The notes below the pieces were generated by a model. The model had not been told where the DNA came from. It did not search any database and saw nothing but the letters and a program-made list of their open reading frames with translations. This document shows, piece by piece, positions 13,290 through 25,661 of a stretch of 44,397 nucleotides of DNA. Within the stretch, counting starts at the first letter, position 1, and each line of letters opens with the position of its first letter. Source of the stretch: Kipferlia bialata (Eukaryota); assembly GCA_003568945.1 (NCBI GenBank), contig BDIP01000023.1, positions 1 to 44,397 of the forward strand. The letters are read 5' to 3'. The translations under genes and the position numbers were made by a program.

Positions 13290-16200
13290 CTAGAACTCCA
13301 GTAGAGCCTCAGGGAAGTCAACCTCCACAAAGTACATCCCTGAGAGGACCACCACGACCCCAGCCCCACCCAGGGGCAGTACATGGGAGGGAGTGTTGGT
13401 GTAGTCGTAGGGGTACTTGACTGTGGCAAGTGGGAGCCACTCGCCAGTTACTCTGTCACACAAGCACACACGAACACCCAGTACTTCTCTGTCTAGAGCA
13501 TCGTCATACTCAGCATGGACCTTGAAGAGCCCCACAACATGGCGACCCACTCTGACACTGGTGAGGTATTCTTTCAGAGAGGCGCCAGGCACACCAACCC
13601 GAAGACCCTCGTCAATCTTGGTGAACGACAATGCAAAATCGCCCCATTGCGACTTTCCATGACAGGGGAGAGCTATGGCCGTTTCATGGCCTAAAGCGGG
13701 CTCATGACGACACTGGTCAGAGCAAGGTAACCCGGCACTAAGGCATGCCCACTCTCCAGCACACGACCTGTCTGTATCGTCGTAGGCCCACACCTGGGTC
13801 GCCTTGCCTACTCTCCCCACGACACAGACGCACCCTTGCAGCACGCCGAGGGAAAAGACGGAGCTGATATCGGGCCCGCCCTCGGTCTGGGTCCACTCTC
13901 TAGTTGCAAGGTCCAGCACTACCAACTGCAGTGGCACATCACCGTACTGTGTAATGCAAAAGTACACACTTCCTCCCACCAAAACTGGTCTTGTGGAGGT
14001 GATTAGTAGAGTGCTGAAGGTACACTGGGGTATGGGGGACTGATCTAGGGACAGTGACTCCCAAGAGTGTGTGAGGTTGTGAGTGTGCGGATCCTCAGCT
14101 CTGTGAAGAAACCCAATGGTGCCCTCATTGCTGTACATCCCATTTCTCCTTCCTACGCATAGGATCTGGTGTGAGCGGGAGATCAATGACTATCAAAAAC
14201 TAACGTAGAGTCCCCACACAATATATGAGAGTATACCATTTACATACCGTGTTCTCTGAGACTGGAAGCATGAACCTCACACCTTCCAGCGTTGCGTGGT
14301 CACGTAGCACTCTTCCCCGGCTCTCTAGAGTTAGTTATCTTTGAAACGTCATTATGACCTCAGGTCAATTGAAAGCAAATACACTAGTCTCAATGTGACA
14401 ATTCAGTGACCACACTGTAACATGTTGATTCTGTAAATGGGTACCTTGTGCTGCACGGTCAATCATGACCTCAGGCAATAGCACACCCTCCACACCTGAC
14501 CTGTGGTACAGCACAGTCACGTCACCAAACCTACTCTCCCTCACCACCTCACCAATCAGAGGAAGGACTCTGCTCTTGGGCTCATGGGTTGTACCAGTCA
14601 CAGTGCAGGAGGGTGTTGTGTGTTTGGCCAACAATGCACTGACTATAACGTTGCGGCAGACATCTGGAGTGGAGTGGTTGAACACTACTGAAGGACCAGT
14701 GTCAGGCAAGACGAGATCCATGGAGTGGAGGAAGTCGAGTAGACGCCGCATGTTCTCACCCTGATCTACACCGACCAGGGTCACAGCGGAGAGGTCGAGT
14801 GCAGCATGCTCGGCAATATCCAATGAAGAGTGACTCCTGTACATGTAGTGCCAGAGGGGTGTGTAGAGTGGCAGTGCGACACAAGCTGTGGCCATGACAG
14901 AGGCCATTTCCAGTGGGCTCAGGTACTGTGGGGTGAAAGATGGAACAGCCCCCTGTCCTATCATGTTGGCCACAAGTGTGGTGAAAGTGGCCATAGATGC
15001 ATAGTCTGGGAGTGCCAGAGTGCCCTCCAAAGAGCTGGACACCCCCACCTCGATTTCCCTCTCCCACCGAGCCACAGCTGCCGCCACATACACCAGCCAT
15101 GCCTGAGTCGCTCCATCCTTCTGAGACGTGACGCGGCAGGTAGGGTAGGCAGCAGTCAGAGCACCCAGAAGGTAGGCCAGGACAATGCCTCTCTTGGTAT
15201 ACCCCGCCCCAGCCTCCTGTTGCCCCTGTGTTGACACCACACTCGTCACAGTACACAGTAGCTCCATGAGCCTGGTAGCCAGTGAGGACACAGCACCCTC
15301 TGACTCAGACTTTGTGTTCTCAGACACCAGCTCTGCCACCTCTACACCCAGAGAGCAGAGCACTCCATCCTCACCCTGCAAGGTACACCCCTCCAGTACT
15401 CCAGCGGTACTCTTGAGCCTACGTGCCAATCTGTATGCCAACAGACCAGGGTGGACATGGAGCTGGGCCGAGGTCTGTTGCAGGTACTCTCCACCCAGAC
15501 ACTCGATGAGAGAGTCTGGAAGTGAGAGCAGGATCCGCCCTTCATCAGTCTCCATGGAAACAGTGTCGACGTCTGTGAGCTGTCCAACACCATTCATGAA
15601 GTCAGACTGGACTGAGAGGCTCCCACGCTCAATCCATGTATCACTAGGTACATGATATGGGTAGACTGCGTTGGGTTCCCTGTGACCGCCGCTGACAACA
15701 GCGAGAATGAAGGGTCCTACTGCCACTAGGATAGGATGGCGGGCTGGGAACGGGGGCCTGGCAAGAGACACCCACCTGCCATCAGCAGAGAGCCGGAGGT
15801 GCCTCTTTGGACTCTCGGTCCAATCTGCCATGAGGCCAACGACATGGAGATCTGAGCCATGGGAGACAGCACTAGAGCCTACGAGGGGGAATGGGAGGGA
15901 GGGAAGACGACCCCATCCTGTGGGCCCCTTAGTCCAAGCGTCAGTATGGCAGATGGGCTCATAGCCTACTGACTCGTCGCTAGACTGCCCACCGACCAAC
16001 ACTAGCTGATTGTGGAGACACGATGTGATGCATGCATGCCGTCTCTGAGGCCCACTCGATGGAGTAGTAGATATGACCTCTGTGGCCTTGCACACCAGAG
16101 TGCCGGGTACCAGTTCCACCACAGAGACCTGGGTACCTTGGGGGCGAGAATCGTACTCATTCCCATCTCCCAATCCCTCTACCAGGAGTAACTGGTCACC

Positions 16201-17734
16201 CACCCAGGTGACACCACCGACGAGTGCCAAGGGGATGGTAGCTGGGACCGGCACCATCCTTTCAACGGCATGAGACTCAAGTGTACGAAGGACTCCCTCT
16301 AGCTGAGCTGTCTCCCTATCATCATAGTCGCTGCCCCTCCACGACTCACCAGGCACACTGAGTGCCATCCGGGGTGCAAGGGATACCATATGGGAGGGAG
16401 CCTCATGATAATCACGGGTAACACTCACAGTCAGTGGTGTCGATGAGAGGCCAGGGGTGATACGCTCACACAGGCCTACCCGCTTACATGCTCCTCTGAT
16501 GAATGGAAGAAGGGGAGTGATAGCTAGCTGCCAGGGAGAGGCCTCGCCAGGGGTATCTAGAGAGACGACCACGTCAAGAGAGAGGATATGCAGAGCAGCC
16601 AGGAGCCTGGGTCCAAGCCAGGAGTCGGCAGGAGCACAGAGAGGAGCCTCTGACAGATACTGACATACCAGGTCTAGATCAAGCACTCCCTCGGCTCCAT
16701 CACACACCCCACCCTCAATTAGGACCGTCATGGGCACACGCAGGAGCTCTGTGAGGGATGCGAACTCCACACCAACGGCCATGATTACAGCAAGCACACT
16801 CCTGGGAGGGAGGTCAATGAGAGATGAATGCCCTGTGTCGACCGGAGTAACACCGTCCCTCACTCTCTGCAGTAGTGTGCACAGAGCCTCGAGGCCCTCA
16901 TGGCTCCGGCATAGCGCTCTGGCAGCCCACTGAGGCTCAAGTCCAAGGGAGACTGCCTGATGCAGTGTGGGGCTGCACGCATCAGGAGGTGTCTCCACCA
17001 CACAGCAGGTGCTTCTGGCGGCATCGCCTGTCTGCAGAAGGATGGGAGCTCCCTTCTTCCGCAGAAGGAGGACAGAGGCTGGATCTACTGCGCACACTGA
17101 GTGACAGTCCACATTGAAGGTGACCTTGCCCTTCTTGCCCTTCACGCCACACTCTCCACTCAGTTGGCAGAACTTCCAGCGCCCACCATCCCCTCTCCCA
17201 TCCGCATTAGGAGTAAACACGTGCACCTGGTTGAGGTGTCTCTTTCCCCCAATGACCAGCATCATAGGGGAGGGGGAATGTACACGCACTACACAGAGAG
17301 ACTCTGCCCGGAACACAGGCGCCGGCAGCTCAGTCCAGGCATCAGATGTCAACCCCCTAGTCGCCAGTGCGGCCACGTGTAGAGTCAGGTGTCTGAGAGC
17401 CCCATCGCTGTTCCCCAATAGCACATGGAGGTACTCACCCAGCACACTTGTAGCCCAGCGTCCCACATGGAATCTCCCAGGGGGGGTCTGTCTCGCAGTT
17501 CGGACTCTCCGACCACCAGAGGACGGGACAGGGGATGGGGTGGGGCACAGAAACTGGATGTGCCTGAGAAGGGATGCCATACCCCATCCCTTCGACCCAC
17601 CCCCCAGTCTGATACTTCTCTCTCTCTCCCCCTCTCCCACACCAAATGCTTTCTCAGGCGCATCGCCTTCAGATGGGGTATCGCCTAGTACACGTCTCCT
17701 GCCGGATACAGGGGCATGGACAACCCAGAAGTAC
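13290..17734 (-). CDS. Large multi-exon kelch-like propeller protein (paralog B); 5' exon(s) lie in or beyond the N gap
   Basis: The 14365 and 13290 ORFs join via introns 14444-14325 and 14247-14166 and a 77-nt exon (AQ|ESRGRVLRDHATLEGVRFMLPVSENT|ILCVG). Kelch-like motifs: MLVIGG...VHVF, RRHACITSCLHNQLVLVGG...TDAW, SVYFC...VLDLATREW. A possible first exon MRQNGKE|gtaagt lies at 18674-18654. Confidence 0.75.
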
Positions 17735-17863
17735 CTGGGTAAGGGAAATGGAACTGATAGATGGGTTGGGGTTCTTGAGTGACCACAGTGCTTGTCGGGA
17801 TATTGCCGGATTGGGGGGGTGGGGGGGGGGGGGGGAGACTCTATATCTGGTGTACATATTATT

Positions 17864-18457
17864 NNNNNNNNNNNNNNNNNNNNNNNNNNNNNNNNNNNNN
17901 NNNNNNNNNNNNNNNNNNNNNNNNNNNNNNNNNNNNNNNNNNNNNNNNNNNNNNNNNNNNNNNNNNNNNNNNNNNNNNNNNNNNNNNNNNNNNNNNNNNN
18001 NNNNNNNNNNNNNNNNNNNNNNNNNNNNNNNNNNNNNNNNNNNNNNNNNNNNNNNNNNNNNNNNNNNNNNNNNNNNNNNNNNNNNNNNNNNNNNNNNNNN
18101 NNNNNNNNNNNNNNNNNNNNNNNNNNNNNNNNNNNNNNNNNNNNNNNNNNNNNNNNNNNNNNNNNNNNNNNNNNNNNNNNNNNNNNNNNNNNNNNNNNNN
18201 NNNNNNNNNNNNNNNNNNNNNNNNNNNNNNNNNNNNNNNNNNNNNNNNNNNNNNNNNNNNNNNNNNNNNNNNNNNNNNNNNNNNNNNNNNNNNNNNNNNN
18301 NNNNNNNNNNNNNNNNNNNNNNNNNNNNNNNNNNNNNNNNNNNNNNNNNNNNNNNNNNNNNNNNNNNNNNNNNNNNNNNNNNNNNNNNNNNNNNNNNNNN
18401 NNNNNNNNNNNNNNNNNNNNNNNNNNNNNNNNNNNNNNNNNNNNNNNNNNNNNNNNN
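17864..18457. other. Assembly gap (594 N) flanked by poly-G tracts
   Basis: Directly visible run of n. Confidence 0.99.
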
Positions 18458-18473
18458 GGGGTAGAGTGGGGGT

Positions 18474-18513
<40 letters not shown>

Positions 18514-18940
18514 ACGAGCGCGCGAGTGGTTAGATGGCCAAGAAGACTCTTCATAAAGTGGACACATATACATAGCCATCTGACTGTATCTCCCATGTCC
18601 ACACCTGTATCGATAACACATAGTAATGTACTTATACACCAATACATACTTACCTCTTTGCCATTCTGCCTCATCCAGTGCAGTGACAGGGCTGTCCTAA
18701 CGTCCCCCCCTGGGTGGGAGTCTGGTATTTTGAAATGCCCTCTCTAGAAAGGGACTCTCAAAGAGAGTAGACTCTCTAGAAGAGACTCAAGTTCAAGATT
18801 GTCTATTGAAGTGAACCCTTTCTTTGCCAAAAACAACAGCCCAAGGCAAAGCTACTGCTAGGTGAGCCCATGAGCCAGGCCTAGTGGGAAACAATATCAG
18901 TCATTCACACTCTCATTGCCATCATCATTATATTGAATAT

Positions 18941-21900
18941 CTATGCATCCATGACGCTGGGCACTTTGGAGTCCGCCTTGGTCTCACTTGGAAGCAGAGT
19001 CCACGAGGCGGCAATACCAACAACCTGGTATGGGTCACACTCACCAAGAGAGATGTCAAGACGCGACATACATTACATAAGACGTACCTCAATTGCCACA
19101 AACACCCAGAGCACCGTGTCGTATCCCTTGGTACCCGGTATGGCATCGACGATGGCACCCACAAGAACCTGAGAGGTTAGCCTCTTTCTATGCCTACTTG
19201 GTAGACTAAATAGTGATTGTGTGATAGCTGTGCAGTATGTGAATATAGCTTCACCTGCAAGACACCGGCACTGACGAACATGGACCCATTGAGGATACCA
19301 AAGAGAGTGCCCTGGATGGTCTAGGGTGAGAGAGAGGGATGGGTTGTCTATATATGCATGGTCGTATGTGAATAAGAGGAGAGAAGTGACTGCATGTACA
19401 CTGATGTACCTTTGGATACCGCCGTCTCAGTAGGGACATGGTACCTGGAGGTGAGAGATGGAGGGTGGCTACGAATAGACGATTTCGAATCAGTGCTGGT
19501 AAGGGCGGGGCACATATCATGTCACATAATCAATGCTTATAACAGAGGACTAGAGAGTGATGTACCCACCTATGACGAGTGACATTGCCTGCATGGCAAA
19601 CAGCAGTATGTACAGAGACCACATTGGCAGGACAGTGCCGAACAGGACGAGGATCAGCATGAGACACACACCCTGGGGATCAGTAACACGAATACACACT
19701 GAGTCTGCATGATTGAGAGAGTATGTTGCATGCTCCGTACCACTATATTGTATGCCCTGATGTTGGCCACCTCTCCCATCCTGTTCACAAGGTAGGACTG
19801 CACAAAGCCACCCACGACCTGGCCTAGTGTCAGAGAGAGAGAGAAGGTGACTCACTCACATATATATGAATAATTATTAGCTAATACACGACAATACCAA
19901 TAGCCGCAGCCACCAGGACGATATATCAGATATGGGTAACAACAAAGAGACAACCAATAGAATAGTATATACTATATACACACACGACACTACCTATAGC
20001 CGCCGCCCCCAGGATGGATGATGCCTCCTTGGTCGAGTACCCCCCTGCCTCAGTGAAGTAGGTCACAGCCATGAAGCCTCCAAAGGCACCCACACAGCCA
20101 GTCTGGAGATGAGACAGGAGGAAGACAGGTCGTACAGTCACACTACACTGTAACACCCAAGCCAATAATGATACAAATACATATATGTATAACTATAACC
20201 CCCACCTGCAGTGCCTGTGCCATGATAAGTCTCCACAGAGAGGAGGGCTTGAGGTACACTGGCTCTGTGGAGTCAGTAGCCTCAGCTTTAGTCTCATCCT
20301 CTGGTATCTGCACCACAACATCACCCACACCCTCACACTCACACTCACACTCCTGTCCAGACAGAGGAGGAACCTCCGGAACGGGTCCGTCAAGAGAACC
20401 TATATCTGTCTCATGCTCAGTCAACATAGAGACTAATTGAGCGCCAGGAGAGACGACATTATCAACCAATTGGGAGTCATTGCCAGCGCCTGCCACATTG
20501 TGCAACAGTTGTCCTCCAACTGAAACAGCATCAGCAGGTGAGGGTATGTCCTCAACCTCAGGGCCCTTATCCTCTGTGGCAGTACCATCCTCTTTATAAC
20601 TAGCATTGGTAGCTAAGACGGTATCAGCAGGGGCAGTGTCAGTATTTGTACCCAGGACTGTGTCTTCTGACCCGTTAGCCTCTGGGGTCTGATCCCTGAG
20701 GCCCACTTTAGAGGGGGAACTGTACACAGTACTGGTATGAGAATACACTGACATAACCCGAAACATTCGGAAGGCATTAAAGGATGGAGGAGACATTACA
20801 TATTTCCTAAGATACGTACAGTGCCACTACCACCCCTGATGCTGCCAGGATGATGGTATTCCACTCAAAGACAGACCGCCAGCCTGGGGGTTAGGATGGA
20901 GACACAACTACAAAAGCATCCTCTTGTATATATGGATATATGGATATATATATACTCCACGTACCCATCCAGCTGAGCATGGACTCCATATCACCTCTAT
21001 ACTAACATCATAATTATATACACATATACATATGAGAGTGTGTATATGTATACTATTCCCATACCCATCCAGCTGAGCATGGACTCTACGTAACCTCTAT
21101 ACTAATATCATAGTACACATATACATAGTGTGTGCGTATATATATACTATTCCCGTACCCATCCATCTGAGCATGGACTCTACGTAACCTTTACATAATC
21201 CTCTCTCTCTCTCTCTCTCTCTATATATACTCTCATCGTACCCATCCAGCTGAGCATGGACTCCAGGGGTGACGATGCAAGGTACACACCCAGACCACCC
21301 ACAGAGAGAGACACGCCTGGGAAGGTGAGTGTGGGGAATGAATACACCTAGGATTATTTGTACGCCTCTTGACTGGTTTAGGCAATTAATAGGAAATGCA
21401 AATTTTTTTTTGGGGGGGGGGATATACAGGTATTCATATATGTACCTAGCAGGTATGGATATGCCTCCTGACTGAACCAGTTGGCAGCCAGCTTGTTACG
21501 GGTCAGGGCCACGGAGGAGGCACCACAGGCCAGAAGGACCCTAGGTATCAGCAGACATCTAACCAATAGCACTGCAACCTATGAGATCACATTGCTAGTG
21601 TACATACCTCCCTGCAAGAGCAGTGGCTAGTACATTAGCCTTGCTCAGAATCAGACTGCCGACTTGAGGTCAGGAACTAATTGAAGTCATATTAAGTCAC
21701 ACTAACATAACTGGTGGCCACCAGCTGAAGGCTTGGTGACAAAGAGAGAGTCAAGGTAAGATATAAGGGAGTGTGTGTATGTTTTCTTACCTGCTGACAC
21801 TGCAGACCCAAGGGCCAGGAGAATACGCAGAGACATCTGAATGTGAGAGATAAGACAACAAGAAATACTGATGAAGCATATAATGATATATGGTACTCAT

Positions 21901-22343
21901 TAGGTATGGACAGGAGGGTGTAGGAACACAGCCTTATCTATCCTCCAGGACAGAGAGAGAGAGAGAGAGAGAGCACCTTGTCACTGAGGATGCCTGCCAG
22001 TGGCTGTGTGGCTGCATACACGTATAGGAACACACTGGACACCAGTGCCATCTCAACGAGGGATATGCCAAGGCCACCTGGGGGTGATTAGATGACTACT
22101 AGTATCTCAAGAAATGGATGGTACATAGGAGAGAGAACACACTACTTGGGGAAGGTGGGGAGAGAGAGAGTGAGAGAGAGAGAGAGAAGTATAGTGCTTG
22201 AAGAGTGTGGTGTGAATGTGTGTATGATATACCTTCAGACACTGGAGCTGTGAGGTATGGGGTCAATACAGCTGGTGCCAGACGGTGGAAGCACATGACA
22301 CAGTATATGACAAGGGCTATGAACTGAAGGTCAGACTGGGGGG

Positions 22344-22383
<40 letters not shown>

Positions 22384-22668
22384 ATGTAATCTTAGAGGGG
22401 GGGGGGGGGGGGGGGGGGGGTAGAGAGTGGCTTCCCCTCACTGGTATTGCCATTTAGCGCAATATAGGTTATAAACCCAATACATGCCCAATCTTAGACA
22501 GCTATACCAAATCAGTGGCATAGGTGCACTATATATATGTATACATATATATATAAACATACCTCGCAACGGGTCCTCCACCTCAGCCACCCTCACCACA
22601 TCGGGCAGTCTATCAGTCGATGGGTACAAGGAGGTACGCTGCTCCCTCAGCCACTTGGCAACATCCAT
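18941..22668 (-). CDS. Major facilitator superfamily transporter (OPA/GlpT-like motifs), multi-exon
   Basis: Exons encode FHRLAPAVLTPYL, GLGISLVEMALVSSVFLYVYAATQPLAGILSD, NKLAANWFSQEAYPYLLG, GGLGVYLASSPLESMLSWMG|WRSVF, GAFGGFMAVTYFTEAGGYSTKEASSILG and LVGAIVDAIPG, ending ...VPSVMDA* (stop 18943-18941). Start MDVAKW at 22668. Confidence 0.85.
20961..21265. repeat. Tandem ~85-100 bp repeat, 4 copies, each containing an MFS exon end plus 5' splice site
   Basis: tacccatccagctgagcatggactc at ~20962, ~21062, ~21156 (one mismatch) and ~21239, with shared flanking intron sequence. Confidence 0.95.
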
Positions 22669-22941
22669 GCTCTCTCTCTCTCTCTCTCACTCACTCACTC
22701 ACTCCCTCGAGTCTCCCCCTCTCCTACTCTCCTCTTGAGCCTCTCTCGGTTGCTCTCCTTCCCTTATCTATCTTAAGACGTGGGCTGTTTCGCGTACCCC
22801 CACGTATGGGCCTGTCTCTATGCTATGAGAAGGAGTAGGTCAACGGATTGCAGGACCCTTTTCCTGTTTTTGTTTGAATCTAACTCGATTGTACGGTACA
22901 CAACATCCTAGTAGATGCAGGGTCCACCTCCTGCCAAGTCC

Positions 22942-25447
22942 TTAGTCTTTATTGAGTGCTGGTGATGGTACAACCGCCTTCTGATGCACCCTCAGCCTAC
23001 TGCTAGGCAGACCCGGGAGAGTGGTGGGTAGTGCTGGACTTGGGATGGCAGTTGCAGTGTCGTCTTTGCACTTCTCCTCACTTGCAACCACACTCTCCGG
23101 GAGAGTCTCCCTCCGGGCTCTCTGCTTTCTGACAAAGCAGCAACCTGTGACTACACTCACCACAAGCACCACACATATGCCCAAGAGAATGCTGGCCGAT
23201 AGTCCTGTGTCAGAAGAGTCATACAGTTTACTGGTAAACTGTATGAGTGTATAATAGTGCCTACCTGCACTCATTCTAGAGAAGGTCACAGGTACTTGCG
23301 GCGCTATCAGCTGCATCTCCTTGCCTGGCTCCAGCAACAGTCTGTGCTTCTCGGTCACAGTCTTCCACCTGACGCAAGTGAAGGAGGGATTGACACGACA
23401 TAAGACGGACTCACCTAGACTGGTCCTCCGCCACTATGTAAATATGTAGGTTAGAGAGTATATATATATGTCACATATATAATATATGTGTGTGTTGGCC
23501 TACCCAGACTGGTCCTCTTCCACTATGAATGTGACAAAACTGAGGTCTGGACTACCACTACCAGAAGCGGAGGGGGAGAGAGTGAGGTCAAACATCCTGC
23601 ACCCGGACTGCACGTCCCAACTACGATAGCTTGTCACGCCCATCTGAGGTAAGAGTGACTCTAGAAGAGTCTCAAGTAGAGGAAGCAGAGCCATATCTCT
23701 TACGACACTATCTCGGCGGAAGTAGATTGGGATTCTTCGTATCGATATACAGGATACCTTTCCCCCATAGCATAGTGACACAGGCCTTGCAGCGGTAGGG
23801 GGCTGCACTGTCTCGGGTGTTTCCACACAGTACTTGTTGAAGTGCTGGTGGCCAACAGATATCGCGTAGACATTACCAAGGGCTGACAGTATCTCGTTCA
23901 CAATGCCTGTATGAGAGTAAGGATGTTGTGTGCGACAAATTGTCGCCGACAATATGAGGAGAGTAGGGGACGTACCGTTCTCCTTCGTAGGACCCCACAC
24001 TTTGGACTCCTTCTGGCCCTCGTACACAACCTCTTCCCCACCAGTTGTGGTTGCAGTGCCATCCTCCGCCACATCTACCTCCCACTGAGCAGTGGGTATG
24101 TGCCAGAACACTAGAGACGGGGGTATGGCACCACTGACCGTGTTTGTGTAGGTGCTTGTCACAAGGTCTCTTGCCCACTCCGCTTGAGTGTGCTCCACAC
24201 ATCCGAATGTGGCATACTCTCCCTCACAGTAGTGGGAGTGGGAGTCAAAGGCCCACACCAGTGCACCCACCCCACTCACTGAACCACTGTCCACATATAC
24301 AGGCACTACGTAGTCTGTCCCATGCCCCTCAGTGCTTGTGGGGACACCCAGCTCTGCCAGGAAGAGAGGGTTGTCTTCCCCGCACTCGTCGATGATGTAG
24401 GTCAGAAGCTCCTCCCTGGTAATCAGTCACTGGACCTGTATGTCTACATGTATTGAGTGCATCTATAGTGTACCTCCACCCCACTTGCTCTTCTAGGGGT
24501 AGGTCCTCCCTGGGGTCGCTGTCGTGGTTACTGGGTGGTAAGTATGGGTAAGCGACTGTGAGTATATGTGGTAAGATAGAGTATCCAGCAAAATGAAGTG
24601 CACAATGGACTCAATAGGCAAGAGAGCACATACCCAAATATCAGCATGTACGGCACTTCCAGAACCTTAGTCACAACTGATGGTTAGTGTCTGAGGACTC
24701 ATCACTGATGAGTCATTAGGTTAGTAACCCCCATCAGAGTCTGATGAGGGTCCACTGAGTGTTGGGAAGAAGTCACGTACACTTACACATCTCAACGTGC
24801 TTCCGTCTGATCTTCTCCTCTGGGCCTAGAACGGTGTCACCTGGGGTAATCAAATGAGCATATAATTGTAATATATATATAATATATAATTACGACGCAG
24901 ACATAGGGGCATGTTGATGTAGATACGTATATAGTGTATACTATACATATATGCCTCTCCATCTATGTGAGCATTATGAGTATACTATGGTACGGCAAAG
25001 ACATACATACAACAATATATGTGTAATGAATACTATATATATACATATTGTATATGCGTAGGTGCCCTAGTGGGTATACCCACCTGTGAGCACTATGAGT
25101 CCAGGATGGTACTTGTCCACCAGCCACCTTAGCTGGGTGTATGTATTAGCCGGGACTGGGGTCAGAGGGTCAGTAGTGTATGAGTGTCTAGCAGTCTGAG
25201 TCGTGTTAGACCCTAACAGTAAGAGTGTTATAGTCACTATAACTTATAGTGTAATAGTGTCTAGTAGTGTGGGTGGAGTACCTTCATAGAGATGGGTGTC
25301 TGTGATCTGCATCACACTGAACCTAGGGTCTGACCCACCCTCACTCTGGAACTCCAGTCGCACTATCTCACGCACACTCTCTCTCCCTGTGGCGCACATG
25401 CACACGGCGAAGTAGCATGCTAGGACCAAAAGGGTATCGAGGTGCAT
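22942..25447 (-). CDS. Calcineurin-like metallophosphoesterase (Dcr2/PAP-like) with signal peptide and C-terminal TM anchor
   Basis: Hydrophobic N-terminus MHLDTLLVLACYFAVCMCA. All five MPP motifs occur across exons: MQITDTH, VLT|GDTV, IFG|NHD, FWHIP, VGHQH, followed by LCYGG and GCRMFDL. Phase-2 intron 23503-23369 joins EDQSG to WKTVTEKH... of the 22942-23358 ORF, which carries TM ILLGICVVLVVSVVTGCCFV-RKQR. Confidence 0.85.
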
Positions 25448-25661
25448 GTGTGCGTTGGAAAGTACTGGTCTCGGTTTCGGTCGTGGTGTCGCGTGAGACG
25501 ATCACTGTAGAGAGGAGACTGTACAGTGTACAGTGTTCCCCTGATGGTACTTTATGCGGTGCTAAGTCTCCAAGAGTAGTTGTAATACCAGTTCTGTAGC
25601 AGTCAAAGACTTTGACTCAAAGTCATTGTGTATATACAGACCTTGGTTAAAGTTATAGTCT

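Noticed and set aside
17646..18747. Long ORFs running through X residues, including the N-terminus of the 1425-aa ORF
   Set aside because: Artefacts of translating the N gap and poly-G/C tracts.
20961..21265. Regularly spaced ~25-bp repeats resembling a CRISPR array
   Set aside because: Eukaryotic intron, 'spacers' are similar to each other, the repeat equals an exon end, and there are no cas genes.
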